A stretch of 64,000 nucleotides of DNA from Felis catus (GCF_018350175.1 NC_058373.1:115632001-115696000); one strand, 5' to 3'. Positions 35,615 to 49,599 are shown, counted from the first letter of the stretch. Numbers and translations are program-made. The notes: generated from the sequence alone by a model not told the origin.

Positions 35615-35826
35615 GGGGCGCCTGGGTGGCGCAGTCGGTTAAGCGTCCGACTTCAGCCAGGTCACGATCTCGTGGTCCGTGAGTTCGAGCCCCGCGTCGG
35701 GCTCTGGGCTGATGGCTCAGAGCCTGGAGCCTGTTTCCGATTCTGTGTCTCCCTCTCTCTCTGCCCCTCCCCCGTTCATGCTCTGTCTCTCTCTGTCCCA
35801 AAAAATAAATAAAATAAACGTTGAAG
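35615..35826 (+). mobile_element. Young felid CanSINE
   Basis: TSD AGAAAGTGTCTGAG. Confidence 0.94.
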
Positions 35827-36485
35827 AAAGTGTCTGAGCCTAGGACGACTTGAGTTCTTTTCTGAGCCCTTGACTCAGTGCTCCTTCAGCACATCATGGG
35901 TGGCTTCCACCCTGAGTTGAGTCCCGGAGGTGCTCCTAACCGAGCCTTGTGATCTCAGCCCTGCACCTTCATGGCCCTTGAGTTCGGTGGTTAGGGCTGA
36001 GACACTGACTCTGTAGGATTTCAATAATTTCTAAAGTTTGAGGATTTTAGGGTATGTCACTGGTGGGATTTTCTTTGTGTCTGTTTCCATGGAGATCCAC
36101 AATGTTGATCTGTCCACAGTCAAGACCAAGAGATGGCCAGCGGGCGCATAAATTGGTGTAGCTTTTAGGGGAGGGCACTTTTGAAAGATATATCAAATTC
36201 CTTAAAAAATGTGAACTTCTTTTGACTCAGTAATTTTACTGGGAGAAATTTATTCTAGGGCAATAGTTAAGGGTATGCTCAAATACTTACAAAGATATTC
36301 ATGGTAGTGTTTAGAATAGTGAAAAATTGGAAACATCTTAATTTTTCCCCCAGAATTGGTTGAAGTCGATCATGTTATGGAATGATGTATTCTACCATTA
36401 TAAAAATGCCAGTGCAGCATTCCACGTACTGACATGGAAAGGTTTTCATGATATGTTATTGAGAGAGAAGAAAAAACAGAACGTG

Positions 36486-36487
<2 letters not shown>

Positions 36488-36522
<35 letters not shown>
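36488..36522. repeat. (GT)n microsatellite
   Basis: Directly visible. Confidence 0.95.
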
Positions 36523-36526
<4 letters not shown>

Positions 36527-36599
36527 CACGCCCCAGCAGCATAAACATACCAAAATGGTAATGGTGGTTGTCTTTGCGTGGTGAGATGCCTACTGGTTT

Positions 36600-36787
36600 A
36601 TTTTTCTATTGAAATCAAATGTGTCGAGGCATAATTTACATACAAAAAAATTCACCTGTTTTAAGTGTACACGTCGATGGATTTTGACAACAGTACATAC
36701 AAGGACAACAACTGCAGTCAAGATACAGAATGTTTACATCTCCCCCCTGAAGGCTTCTAGCTCCTTTGCAGTTCTCCCTCCTCCCCG

Positions 36788-36822
<35 letters not shown>

Positions 36823-36880
36823 AGCAACCATTGATCTGCTTTCTGTCCCTGGAGATTAGTGTTGCTTGTTCTAGAGTTTT
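36600..36880 (-). mobile_element. Ancient L1M/L1ME 3' end fragment containing a long poly-C run (36784-36822)
   Basis: gaggcataatttacatac...ttttaagtgtac...gattttgacaa...caagatacagaat...caaccattgatctgctttctgtc. Confidence 0.65.
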
Positions 36881-37275
36881 CTTCTCTTTGTGTGTTTCTA
36901 GCTCTCGCTCTTTCTTCGAGGAACATTACCCATTCACTGAAACAACAACGGCGACAATACAGACAGAATGGGTCTTGTCCTTTTTTTTAGAACTACCCAC
37001 AAACTGCCAGGAGCCTCCTCTTCTTGTCACCTGTGGCAGGGTGTGACTGGGTAGAAAGGTAGGAGGTGAGGGAAGCGTCACACGTTCACCCACTGCTGTA
37101 GGCAGAGCGATGCGTGTGGGTTTATCTGACCTCTAGGTACACCGAAGCGAACAAAACCCAGCCCTCCCTTCTGAGCCTCTGTGTCCTCACCAGCTCCATG
37201 GAAGAAGTAATAATAACAATAACATCCACCTCATGGGGTTGACGTGAGGATTCAGTGGCTCAGCAAGGACTAAAC

Positions 37276-37644
37276 TGTTACGGGCTGAAGGGTGACCCCC
37301 CCACCCCCAAATGTGTAGGTGGATCTGGTAAACCTCCTGCGCTTCAGAACGTGAGGTGAAGAGGTAGTTAGTTAAATGAGGTCATGAGGGTGGGTCCTGA
37401 TGGAATGACTGACGTTCTTATAAGAAAAGGAGATTAGGACACAGACAAGGGGGAGGGAAGACCACGTGAAGACACGCCAGGAAGCAGCCATCTGCAAGTC
37501 GAGAGAGAGGCTTCGGCAGAAATCAAAACCTTCTGACACCTTGATCTTGGACTTGTAGCCTCCGGCGAGGGAGAGAACATATTTCCGTTGTTTGAGCCAC
37601 CCAGCCTGTGGTATTTTGTTATGGCAGCCAGAGCAGACGAATTC
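37276..37644 (+). mobile_element. MLT1B-type solo LTR
   Basis: TGTTACGGGCTGAA start, gacaccttgatcttggacttgtagcctcc, ending ttttgttatggcagccagagcagacgaattca. Confidence 0.8.
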
Positions 37645-37986
37645 AGAATCCAAGTATTCTGGCTGATTCTATGTGTGTTTGCTATATTCCAACTTTAAGG
37701 AGTTACCTGAGGTTATTTGGAAGCTTGAAACAACCTGACTTTTAGAATTAAAAAAGGGGGGGGGGGGGGAAGGAGACCAGCTTTTACTGAATGCACGCTA
37801 TGACACTGTGCTATACACTTTTATGTGTGTTTTTTCACTCCGTAAATATTTGTGGAACACCTTCGATGTGCCAGATACTATTCTAAGTGCTGGGGATACA
37901 GCTATGGATTGTGAAGGTAAAAATCCCTGCCCTCATAGAACCTACATTCTCAAGGAAGACACAGATGATAAAAATGAATGAACACA

Positions 37987-38192
37987 GGGGCGCCTGGGTG
38001 GCGCAGTCGGTTAAGCGTCCGACTTCAGCCAGGTCACGATCTCGCGGTCCGTGAGTTCGAGCCCCGCGTCAGGCTCTGGGCTGATGGCTCAGAGCCTGGA
38101 ACCTGTTTCCGATTCTGTGTCTCCCTCTCTCTCTGCCCCTCCCCCGTTCATGCTCTATCTCTCTCTGTCCCAAAAAAAAATTAAAAAAAAAA
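37987..38192 (+). mobile_element. Young felid CanSINE
   Basis: TSD AAAATGAATGAACACA. Confidence 0.94.
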
Positions 38193-38859
38193 ATGAATGA
38201 ACACAATACACGGGGCAGTGGAGAAAAAAACAAAGCAGAGGAGAAGGGTAAGGGACTGCTGGGGGAAGGAGGGGACACCGTTTGGCTTCTTAACTGAAGC
38301 AGCTTGGGGAGTTTGTCCCGGAAGCTTCATTGAGAAAGTGGCAGTGGAGTGAGAACTCAAAAGGGGAGGGGAAGGGAGCCATGTTGATGCAGGAGGCGGT
38401 GATGCCCTTCTTTCTCCAGGGGCTGGCAGCCCAATGGGGCAGATGGTGAATATTGAGAGCCCGCCACGTGGATTCTCTCTTATGCCCCATTATTTACCGT
38501 GACGCCCCAGGGCTCCACAAGTTGGTGGCACATCGCAAGGAACAGCGCTGCCTGCCTTTGCTGCCTCTACCTCTGCTAGTTTCAGGCACGGCTGTATCCA
38601 GGTGCCAGCCTTCCGCGGCCCTGGGACTAGAAAATCTGAGAGTAGCTGAGGAGAGGAAGAAGCAGACAATCAAGTTGACGCTTAAGGTAAGTCCTGGAGC
38701 AGCTCTGTCAGAGAGAGAAAAGTTTCATAAGGAATTTTTGACAATAGGGTAGTTTAGTAAGATCTAATTCTTCCCTGTGGGTTATATAATTTGTAACCTT
38801 CTTATAACTTATATTTCCAGAATCTTTCACTGAATTATTTTTCTTCGGTTTTCCCTTAA

Positions 38860-39844
38860 TGAAATTGTCTACTGAAGTAGAACACGCATATAGACAAGCG
38901 CACAGGTCGTAAGTATAAGCTCAAAGAATTTTCACAAAGCGATTATAGTTCATTGAATCATCACCCAGAACAATAAATATTATGTGTCCTCAGGTCCCAC
39001 CCAGTGACACTTCCTTGTCTTCAAAGGTAGCCACTCTCCTAACTTCTGAAACGCTACCTGAGTTTAATGTGATTTGGGGATTTTGTGCAAAAGGAAGCAT
39101 AATGTGTACTATTGTGTCCGCTCACAGTATGTCTGGAAGGTTCACCCAGAGTGTGTGTGGCAACTGTTTGTGACTGGTCTTTGCTGTGGTGTTTCCACTG
39201 AACGAATACGCCACAGTGCAATTTTTTATTCTCGTCATGGTTGACATCTATGTTGTTTCCAGTTATATGTATCTTTTGGCTATTTTGAATAATGCTGCTA
39301 TGCACACTTTCATACGTGTGTTTTGGTTCACATGTGTACTGGGTTCTCCTGGGTGTTTACCTCGGAATGGACTTGATGGCTCGTGAACATGCAGCTATAA
39401 TGGATAATGATGGGTTTTAGCTGCTTGTAGCCGTTAACACCTGCCCCTCCCCAGCATTGCGGCATCACGTTGCTGGCAGTGCTTAGTATTATCAATCTAT
39501 TTGATTTTAGCCATTCCAACGGGTGTGTATTTCCCTTTAATTGTGCTTGTCATTTACATTTTCCTACTGACTCTGGAAGTGGGAACTTTTTCATACAGTC
39601 ATTCGCTTTTGAATATCCTCTTTTGTTAAGTGTCTGATTGAGTCTGTGGCTTATTTTTCTATAAGGTTGCCTTTGTCTTACTGACCTGTGGGGGGGTCTT
39701 TACATATTCTGGATATGAGACCTTTGTCATTACATGCATTGCAAATATCTCCTCCCAGTCTGTGGCTTGCCTTTTCGTGCTCTTCATTGTGTCTTTTGAT
39801 GAATAAAAGTTTTTAATTCTTAGTTTTGTTGTTGTTTTAATTTT

Positions 39845-39916
<72 letters not shown>

Positions 39917-42800
39917 CAGGGGAGAGGGGCAGAAGGACACAGAGAATCTTAAGCAGGCTCCATGCTCAGTGGGGAGCCCATCATGGGGCTTGATCCCACA
40001 ACCTGGGATCATGACCTGAGCCGAAATCAACAGTCAGAGGCTCAAGTGACTGAGCTGACCAGGCACTCCTAAAAGTTTTTAGTTTTCGTGTAGCACAGTT
40101 ATCATTTTTTTTTTCTCTATCCTAAGTGCTCTCTGATTCTTTGTCTGTCCAAGGTCATCAGGATATTTTTCCGTGTTATCTTCTAGAATTCTTAATTTTT
40201 ATCTTTAAAGTTTGGATCTATAATTCTTCTAGAATTGTTTTTTTTTTAATTTTTTTTAACGTTTATTTATTAACAGAGACAGAGCATGAACGGGGGAGGG
40301 TCAGAGAGAGAGAGAGGGAGACACAGAATCGGAAGCAGGCTCCAGGCTCTGAGCTGTCAGCACAGAGCCCAACGCGGGGCTCGAACTCACGAACCATGAG
40401 ATCATGACCTGAGCCGAAGTCGGCCGCTCAACCGACTGAGCCACCCAGGCGCTCCCAGAATTGTATTTTTTAAACGTTTTCATTTGAGTGTAGTTGACAC
40501 AAACATAAGTTCCAGGTGTACCACGTCATGATTCAACTTCTGTGTATATTATGCTGCACTCCCCACAAGTGTAGTTACCATCTGTCACCGTATAACACTA
40601 TTACAATATCATCGACAATATTTCCTACAGTGTGTCTTTTATTCCCGTGACTTATTCATTCCACAACTGGATGCCTGGATCTCCCATTCTTCCTCACCTA
40701 TTTTTGCCCTTCCCCTCACTGCCCTCCCCTCTGGCAACCACGAGCTGGTTCTCTGTATTTATAGGGCTTTTGATTTTCATATCTTTTTTGATTTAACGTA
40801 AAGAAGGGGTGAAAGTTCGTTTTTTTCCCGTGTGGACATACAAATGACCCGGAACAATTTGTTGAAAAGAGATCATTTCACCCGCAATGTCACCTTCTGA
40901 TACAAACCAAGTATTGGTGTATATATGGGTCTGTTTGTGGACTCTCTGTTTTATGGGTTTATTTTTCTATTCTGTACCTCATATGTCTTCATTTCTATAA
41001 CTTATAAGAAATCTTGCTATTTAGTAGAGCGAGTGTTTTCGCTTCGTTCTTTTCATGAGTATCTTGGTTATTCTTGTATACATACAAATATGTATTTATT
41101 TGCAATTGCATATAAATTTTAGAATCAGTTCATTGATTTTCACAAAAATGCCTGCCGGATTTTTATTAAGATGGCACTGAATCTATAGATCAATTTGAAG
41201 ATAATTTACATCTTTATAATATTGAGTCTTTTGACTCATGAACAAGGATTAGCTATCTATTTATTTACATTGTCTTTAAATTCTCCCAGCAATGTTTTGT
41301 TTTATTTGTTTGAGAGTAAGAGGGCAGAAGTGAGAGGCAGAGAGAGAATGCCAGGAGGGACAGAAGGAGAGAGCTGGGAAGTGGGGAGAAGAGAAAGAGA
41401 GAAGCAGGGCTCACCCCAAGTGGAGCCTGAGCTCACCTGGAGCAGGGTTCCAGCTCACGAATCGCGAGATCACGACCCAAGCCAAAGTCAGCGGCTTAAC
41501 TGACTGAGCCACCCAGGTGTCCCTATTCATTTCTGAGAGAGAGACAAAGAGTGCGAATTGGGAAGGCACAGAGAATGAGGGAGACACAGAATCTGAAGCA
41601 GGCTCCAGGCTCCAAGCTGTCAGCACAGAGCCCGACGTGGGGCTCGAACCCATGAACCATGAGATCATGACCTGAACAGAAGTCAGATGCTTAATGACTG
41701 AGCCACCCAGGCGCCCTCCCAGTAAAGTTTTAAAATGTATAGGTCTCACACATATTTCTTTAGATTTATTCCTAGGTATTTAGGTTTTGTTATACCAGGC
41801 AAATCGTATTGTTTTCTTTTTGTTGTTAAACAAAATTTTATGTTGTATTGTTTTTATGGTAAATAAAATTCAACTGATTTTTGTGCACTTACTTTGAGTA
41901 CAGTGACAGCACTAAAATTTTTAGTTCTAATAGTTGCAGACTGCTTTGTTCATTTTCCTCATACATGATTATGTTTACGAATTTCTTCCTTTCAAATCTC
42001 ATTTTTGCACTGGGTAGGATATCAAACACAATGGTAAATAGAAGTGGACATACTGGGAATCTCCCTGTTTTTTTCTTTTTTTTTTTTTTCAACGTTTATT
42101 TATTTTTGGGACAGAGAGAGACAGAGCATGAGCAGGGGAGGGGCAGAGAGAGAGGGAGACACAGAATCGGAAACAGGCTCCAGGCCCTGAGCCATCAGCC
42201 CAGAGCCTGACGCGGGGCTCGAACTCACGGACTGTGAGATCATGACCTGGCTGAAGTCGGACACTTAACCGACTGTGCCACCCAGGCGCCCCTCCCTGTT
42301 TTTTTCTTTATCTTAATGTAGTTCCATTAATAATGGATAACAGTTTCGGTGTTTTTATTAACATATTTCCGCAATAATAATATATGTTCATAATCGTGGA
42401 GAATATTTCCTATAGTTCAATATTTTCCCATTAAATATGATGTTTGCTGTATGTTCTTTCTAGAAAATCTTTAGATTAAGGAAGTTCCCTTCAATTCCTA
42501 GTTTCTTAAGGTTTTCTGAAATATCATAAACTTGTATTGAATGTTATCAAATGCTTTCTTTATATCTATTGAGATGATTGTATGAAGTTTTTCCTTAATC
42601 CGTTAAAGTGGTAAATTATATGGACTCATTTGCTAATGTGAAATAATCCTTTTATGTGTATTAATGGATTTGGTTTGTTTCTAATTTGTTAAGGATTTCT
42701 GTATCTCTATTCACGGTAGAGATTGGGCTGTAATTTTCTGTTCGTGTAATGTCCCTGTCGGATGTTTTCCATAAATTTGTCTTTTCACAAAACCGTGTAG
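38860..42800 (-). mobile_element. Fragmented ancient L1 (antisense) interrupted by CanSINEs (about 39840-40068, 40240-40456, 41295-41523, 41530-41716, 42068-42291) and a younger L1 3' piece (about 40480-40770)
   Basis: T-rich L1-like text (tattttgaataatgctgctatg, tatattctggatatg, ggcactgaatctatagatcaatttg, aggaagttcccttcaattcctagtttc) with interspersed SINE bodies. Confidence 0.75.
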
Positions 42801-43147
42801 GGTGTTCTTGGTCGTTAGGATTCCCGTTCATCCAGGTTCCTTTGTCTCAGTTCAGAGCTCACAGCTTCTCCCTTCCCTCCCACTGCACCATGACCTTGAG
42901 AATGGTCAAAGGGATAGAAGGACGGTTCATCTTCTGTGCAAGAGAACAGGTCTCTTTAAGAGGAGCTCCTGATATTCATGCCTTTGAAGTTTGGACTTGT
43001 TGTGTTCTTCTAACCCAAATGGGCCTCCCTAAATGTCTATGGCAGATGGAAAGAAAGAGCTGCTCTTGGACGCACTTCCTGCCAGTCGCAGGTAGAGGAC
43101 AGTTGTGGAATAAAGAGAATGGCATGCCAGCATTAAAGCATTCTCTT

Positions 43148-43380
43148 CGGGGCACCTGGGTGGCTCAGTTGGTTAAGCCTCTGACCTCGGCTGAGGTCAT
43201 GATCTCGCGGTTCGTGAGTTCGAGCCCTGCGTTGGGCCCTCTGTGCTGACAGCTCAGAGCCGGGAGCCTGATTCAGATTCTGTGTCTCCCTCTCTCTCTA
43301 CCCCTCCCCTGCTCACACTCTGTCTCTCTCTGTCTCTCAAAAATGAGTAAATGTAAACAAAAATGGTTTTTCCTTCAAAA
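43148..43380 (+). mobile_element. CanSINE
   Basis: TSD TAAAGCATTCTCTT. Confidence 0.92.
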
Positions 43381-43947
43381 ATAAAGCATTCTCTTTGCCC
43401 TCTCCTCCTAGACGCTCACACTTTCTTTTCTAGCCATAGGTTACAGTGATTTGCTTGATATTTAGTGATCAAGCCCCTCATCTAATATGCAGCGGCACAT
43501 CCTTTTACCTCTTACATATTTTCCAGATTTGTTTATAAAGGTTTTATTGCGAGACTGTGAGTTGCTGGAGAGAAAATATTTCCATGGTGGAATAAGCAGG
43601 CCTCATTTGCGGATTGACTAACAGATGACAGAGAAGGGGAGTCTAGCACGACTTCCAGGTGTCTGGCTTGAGCAGCTAGATGGATGGCTGCGCCCGCTTA
43701 GGAAATACAAAAGGGAAAACACATTTGGAGAGCAAGGAGGAAGGTGTCATTTTGCACCTGCTGAACCTGTTATGACGTTCAAATAGGAAATCTCAGAGGC
43801 GGCTGCAGAGACATCTCTGAAGCTTACAAGGCAAGTCTGGCTGGACACAGATTGGGAGCCATCAGCACGTAGGTAGTCACCTACAGCCATGGGAACAGAG
43901 AACACCCAGGGAGGATGTGTGGAGCTTCTCACACACTCTCCGAATCC

Positions 43948-44381
43948 TTTTTTTTTTTTTTTCAATGTTTATTTATTTTTAGGACAGAGAGAGACAGAGC
44001 ATGAACGGGGGAGGGGCAGAGAGAGAGGGAGACACAGAATCGGAAACAGGCTCCAGGCTCTGAGCCATCAGCCCAGAGCCTGACGCGGGGCTCGAACACA
44101 CGGACCGCGAGATCGTGACCTGGCTGAAGTCGGACGCTTAACCGACTGCGCCACCCAGGCACCCCCCCCCCTTTTTTTTTTAATGTTTATTTATTTCTTG
44201 AGAGAGAGACAGAGTGTGAGCGGGGGAGGGGCAGAGAGAGAGGGAGACACAGAATCCGAAGCAGGCTCCAGGTTCCAAGCTGCCAACACAGAGCCTGATG
44301 CGGGGCTTGAACCCATGAACTGCGCAATCATGACCTGAGCCGAAGTCGGACACTTAACCAACTGAGCCACCCAGACACCCC
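43948..44381 (-). mobile_element. Two tandem antisense CanSINEs
   Basis: Two complete antisense bodies, 43948-44165 and 44172-44381. Confidence 0.92.
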
Positions 44382-44411
44382 TCTGAATCATTTTTAAATG
44401 ATTATCCTAGA

Positions 44412-44630
44412 GTGGAGCTTAACAATCTGTGGCCTGTGGGCCACAGTCTGTGGCCTATGGTCTGCTTTGCAAGTAGAAGTTAATTGGAACACAGTCAAGC
44501 CAGTTTATGTATTGTCTACAATTGCTTTTGCTCTACGACAGCAGAGAGGTGGCAACAGACGCTGTACGACCTGTAAAGTGGGAAATAGTTCCTATCTGGC
44601 CTTTTACAAAAAAAGTTTGCTAATCCTTCG
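44412..44630. mobile_element. MER58A-like hAT MITE
   Basis: ggcctgtgggcca...ttggaacacagtcaagcc...ctatctggccttttacaaaaaaagtttgct. Confidence 0.65.
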
Positions 44631-44912
44631 CCTAGAGGTTACAACATGCACTCTTGCTTTATTAAATTTAATGTAAATTAGGCAGTTGAGAAGTCAGTTG
44701 TCAGTTTACTGCTGCTCTTTCGCAGCTAATGAATCTTGCTCTGTCGCTCTTAAATTTTCTCTTTGGTTCTTATCCATTTTACTATCATGTGCCTAGGTGT
44801 GGCTTTCACTGAGTTTATCTTATTTGGATTTTATAGAAATTTTTGAGCGTGTCACTTAATGCCCTTAAGTGATTTTGGAAATGTGGTAATTATCCTTTTA
44901 AATAGTATTTCT

Positions 44913-45125
44913 GGGGGTGCCTGGGTGACTTAGTCGGTTAAGTGTCTGACTTCGGCTCAGGTCATGATCTTGCCGTTTGTGAGTTCCAGCCCCGCATCAG
45001 GCTCTGGGCTGACAGCTCAGAGCCTGGAGCCTGCTTCGGATCCTGTGTCTCCCTCTCTCTCTGCCCCTCCCGTGCTCATGCTGTGTCTCTGTCTCTCAAT
45101 AACAAAGAAACATTAAAAAAAATTT
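44913..45125 (+). mobile_element. CanSINE within ancient L1 sequence
   Basis: Typical SINEC head and body. Confidence 0.9.
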
Positions 45126-46136
45126 TTTAATATTTCTCTCCTGTTGTCTGTCTCCTTTTCTTCTGGAACTCGTTACAGTAATGTTCAACTGTGTTACTAT
45201 GCCCCACATTTCTTTTATGTCCTCATGTGGATTTTCTATTCCTTTTTATCTCTATGTTTTAGTCTAGTATTTTATGCTACCCTATCTTTCAGTTCACTAA
45301 TTTCCATCTGCTCTTTTTCTTTTTTATAGATTCTAGGTTTTTGCTGAAAATTGCCATCTTGTTATCTATTCATCATGGCTATTTTAAAGTCTGGATAGGA
45401 TACCTCCAGTATCTAGATCTCCTGTGGGTCTATTTCTAGATTTTATTCTCCTCCCTTCCTCCTTCCTCTCTCCCCCCTCCTCCCCTCTCCCTCCTATTCC
45501 CCTCTTTCTCCCTCTCTCTCCCTCCCTACCTTCTGGTTTTTTTTGTCCCTGGGAATGCCTGGGTTTGTTTTTTGTTTTTGTTTTTACTGAATACTAACAT
45601 TATGTGTGAAGATTTGTACACATTTTGAGTGTACAATTTGAGTCTCTGGATCATATTAGCTTGTTTAGAGAGGAATTACTTTTCTTTTGGGTAGGTGGTT
45701 AGGACAGAGATGATGTATCTTAATCTTGTCAGCACGTGAGTTTATTCCAGACTGTTCCATGCAGTTGTGAGCAGCCGTCTGTTTCCCGTCACCCCTGTTT
45801 CCCAAGGCTCACTTCTGTAGTGATCCAGAACTCCAATTTTTTTGTCTCTATGCCCATCAGACTGCTCAAAATTCTACTTAGTATCTCAATCTCTTAGTTG
45901 CTACGTTCTTCTTAGCTTTTCAGTAGACCAGAGTTTATGGGTGGGTCTGCAGGTGCTTCAAGGAGTAAAGCACTAGAGAATTTCAGCTTCCTTCTCAGTA
46001 CTTTCCATTCCTTTAGTTTTTTGATGCTTCAGGTCCTTACTGCCTTGGTAGCTCTGTTTTCATCAAACCATAGCCAGAAGTGCACGTCACTTATTTTTTT
46101 AAACACAAAAGAAATACATGCTTGTTCTATCAAGTT

Positions 46137-46141
<5 letters not shown>

Positions 46142-46187
<46 letters not shown>
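46142..46187. repeat. (CA)n microsatellite
   Basis: Directly visible. Confidence 0.95.
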
Positions 46188-46190
<3 letters not shown>

Positions 46191-47159
46191 GTAGTTTAAT
46201 AAATCCCCTTCCCCAATATGTCTCCTTTATTGAATTAACTAATGTTAAGGTCTGATGAGTTTTCTTCCATTTTTTTTTTTTTTATGCTCATGTATACCAA
46301 TATAGAGGTTGCTGAAAACAATTAGTTTGGGTTTGTTTTACAAAAATGGTATCACAGGTACACATGATTCTGCAATTTGCTTTTTACTTAGAACTACATC
46401 AATGCATTAAAAATGCATTTAAAAAATTAACTGCATAATATTTCATACTATATTTGTTCATACTTATTAAATTGGTCTTCTGTTGCTAGACATTCATATT
46501 GTTTCTATTTTTTTCCAACCTCACAAATACATTACTACTTTCTCAATTTTTGCCAATCTACCATGTGAAATATGTATTTAATTCTACTCCAAGATATTTA
46601 AGGTATTTAAAAAGTGCTTATTGGCCTGTGCATAGACTCCTTTGAAAACTCTTGTGTATATCCTTTGTCCATTTTTCTGTTATCAGATGTGTAAGAGCTC
46701 TCAATATGATTCATGATATAAACCCCTTATTTGCCACATATGTTGCAAATACCTTCCCAAAGTCTATTTGCCTTTTAAAATGCTCCTTACAGTATCTTTT
46801 CTCATGTGAAGGTTTTAATTTTTACATTCATAACATGCCCATGTTTGGGCTATGAATTCTGGCCCTTGTTTTCTTTAAGGCTTCCCCACTTCAAGTTTAT
46901 ACAAATGTTTTCCTAAAGTTGGTTTCCTAAGATTTTATATTCTACATTTAGATTTTTAATTTATCTAGAATTTTTTTGTACACGGTATGATGCATGGGTC
47001 TAACCTGCTTTCCCTCCGGATGCCAATTCTATCAGCATAATTTTCTCAATAATCTACCCTTTTCTACTTGGTCAAACATTAAGACTCATATCTACTGGAA
47101 CCAATTTTGGATTCTGTTTCATTAATTTCTTTGTCTATTATTGTACCAAGTCCATCATT

Positions 47160-48570
47160 GTTTTAAGTTTATTTATTTTGAGAGAGAAAAAGAGAGAATT
47201 TGAAACAGGCTCCACATTCAGCATGGAGCCTGACATAAGGCTCATCTCACGAATCATGAGATCATGACCTAAGCTGAAATCAAGAGTTGGTTGCTCAACC
47301 GACTGAGCCCACACAGGGGCCCCTTTTTTTTTCACATTTTAATCAGGTTTTATGGTTGTAGTTATTTAGGCCTTTTGCCTTTCTTGTGAATTTTATTTCT
47401 AGGCATTTTGTCATTTGATTTTTTTATTAAAAATGAGATTTCCGGGGACGCCTGGGTGGTGCAGTCGGTTAAGCGTCCGACTTCAGCCAGGTCACGATCT
47501 CGCCGTCCGTGAGTTCGAGCCCCGCGTCAGGCTCTGGGCGGACGGCTCGGAGCCTGGAGCCCGTTTCCGATTCTGTGTCTCCCTCTCTCTCTGCCCCTCC
47601 CCCGTTCATGCTCTGTCTCTCTCTGTCCCAAAAATAAATAAACGTTGAAAAAAAAATTTTTTAAAGAAAAAAAAAATGAGATTTCCGGGGGCACCTGGGT
47701 GGCTCAGTTGGTTAAGCATCCAACTTCGGCTCAGGTAAGGATCTCATGGCTCTCAGGTTCGGGACCCGCACTGGGCTCTGTGCTGACAGCTCAGAGCCTG
47801 GAGCCTGCTTCAGACTCTCTGTCTTCCTCTCTCTCTGCCCCTCCCCTGCTCACGCTCTGTCTCCCTCTCTCAAAAATAAATAAACATTAAAAAATAATAA
47901 ATAATAGTAAAAAATGGGATTTCCGGGGTGCCTGGGTGGCTCAATCAGTTAAGTCTCCAACTCCTGATTTTGGCTCAGGTCATGATCCCAGGGTCGTGGG
48001 ATCGAGGTCCATGTTGGGCTCCGCACGGAGCTCAGAATCTGCCCCTCTCCCCGTCTCGTGATCATTCTCTCTCTTTCCCTCTCTCTCTCTCCAAATAAAT
48101 AAACATTAAAAAAGTAAAACTACTAGAGGCCAGGGTGGCTCAGTTGGTTAAGCATATGACTTCGGCTCAGGTCATGATCTCACTGTTCGTGAGTTTGAGC
48201 CCTGCTCCAGGCTCTGTGCTGACAGTTCAGAGCCTGGAGCCTGCTTCAGATTCTGTGTCTGCCTCTCTCTCTGCCCCTCCCCTGCTCATGCTCTGTCTCT
48301 CTCTCCCTCTCTTAAAAGTAAATAAACATTAAAAAAAATCTTTTAGGGGCGCCTGGGTGGCGCAGTCGGTTAAGCGTCCGACTTCAGCCAGGTCACGATC
48401 TCGCGGTCCGTGAGTTCGAGCCCCGCGTCAGGCTCTGGGCTGATGGCTCAGAGCCTGGAGCCTGTTTCCGATTCTGTGTCTCCCTCTCTCTCTGCCCCTC
48501 CCCCGTTCATGCTCTGTCTCTCTCTGTACCAAAAATAAATAAATGTTGAAAAAAAAATTTTTAAAAAAAA
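47160..48570. mobile_element. Cluster of six CanSINEs (one minus at 47160-47322; five plus starting at 47444, 47687, 47925, about 48126 and 48346)
   Basis: Six recognisable heads or bodies; shared target AAAAATG(A/G)GATTTCC three times; nested TSDs AAGTAAAACTA and AAAAAAAATCTTTTA. Confidence 0.92.
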
Positions 48571-49152
48571 TCTTTTAAGTAAAACTAAACTTTGCATTTT
48601 AATTTTGAGTCTAATTACTTTATTCAATTATTTTAATAACAATAGCCTAGCAATAACAAGAACTACCAATGGGCTAGGCATTTGTCTAAGTTTTTTATGC
48701 ATATTAGCTCATTTAATCCTCAATATTTCTAAAAGCTACATACTATCATATCAGTTCTACAGATGAGGAAACTGAGACCTAAGGTAGAATTTCTTAGTCT
48801 TTCTAGGAAAACGATCTTCTAATCTGAAAATGAAAATTTTACTATTTACCAATATTTATACTAATTGCTTCATTTTATTTCCTTATTGTATTGGCTAAAA
48901 CTTACAAAACAATATTGAATAAAAGAAGAAATAATAGGCATTTTTTCTTCTTCCTGATTTTAATAGAACTGATATAAACAGAAATTACAAGTAAACCCAA
49001 ATGTACACTTAAAATATGATAAAGAATTATTTACAAATAATGATATAATAGCAATAACATTATTATTATTATTATGGAACAAAAAAAATAAAGGGCTTTA
49101 TATGTACAAATATCTCCCATCCTTAAAGAAATTTCTTGCTCAATCCCACACC

Positions 49153-49370
49153 CTGTTAGGATTTCTTCCTCTGTACGTAACAGAGTGCCCGCCCCACAGC
49201 AGTTTAAACTACAAGAAGTCCAAAAGAAAGTGATCTCAGGGCAATTTAGCAGCTCAGCAAGGTCATCAAGAAGGCAAGACCTTTCTGTCATTTCTGTCCA
49301 ACTGTCTGTGACACGTTTGACTTTCCTCATCATGTCTGTAACTTCCGGAGCATGAGATGGTAGCAAACGT
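49153..49370 (-). mobile_element. Old MLT1 (J/K-like) LTR fragment
   Basis: tgttaggatt...gtaacagag...cagctcagcaaggtcatcaag...ctttctgtc. Confidence 0.45.
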
Positions 49371-49599
49371 CCACAGTTGGTAAGAGGGTTTAATTCAGGA
49401 CTACCTGTTCCATTTTGTTAGAGGCGAGGAAGTTGTCACATTGAGTGTCAGGGATGAACTAGGCCTCACGGGAGCTTCTGCAGTAACAAGGATGCTATTG
49501 TGGGCTTTTCTGGGTCACTGCCCTTGGACACTAGTTACAGTCTCTGACATTCAGAGGCTAGGTCCAGATGGGAAAGAAGGTGTTTCTATTATGATGAAG

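Noticed and set aside
35886..35906. Possible REST/RE1 site (TTCAGCAC...)
   Set aside because: Only the left half matches; the GGACAG right half is missing.
36784..36822. Long poly-C/poly-G run as a functional G-quadruplex
   Set aside because: It lies within an old L1 fragment, homopolymer length is unreliable in assemblies, and nothing else supports a function.
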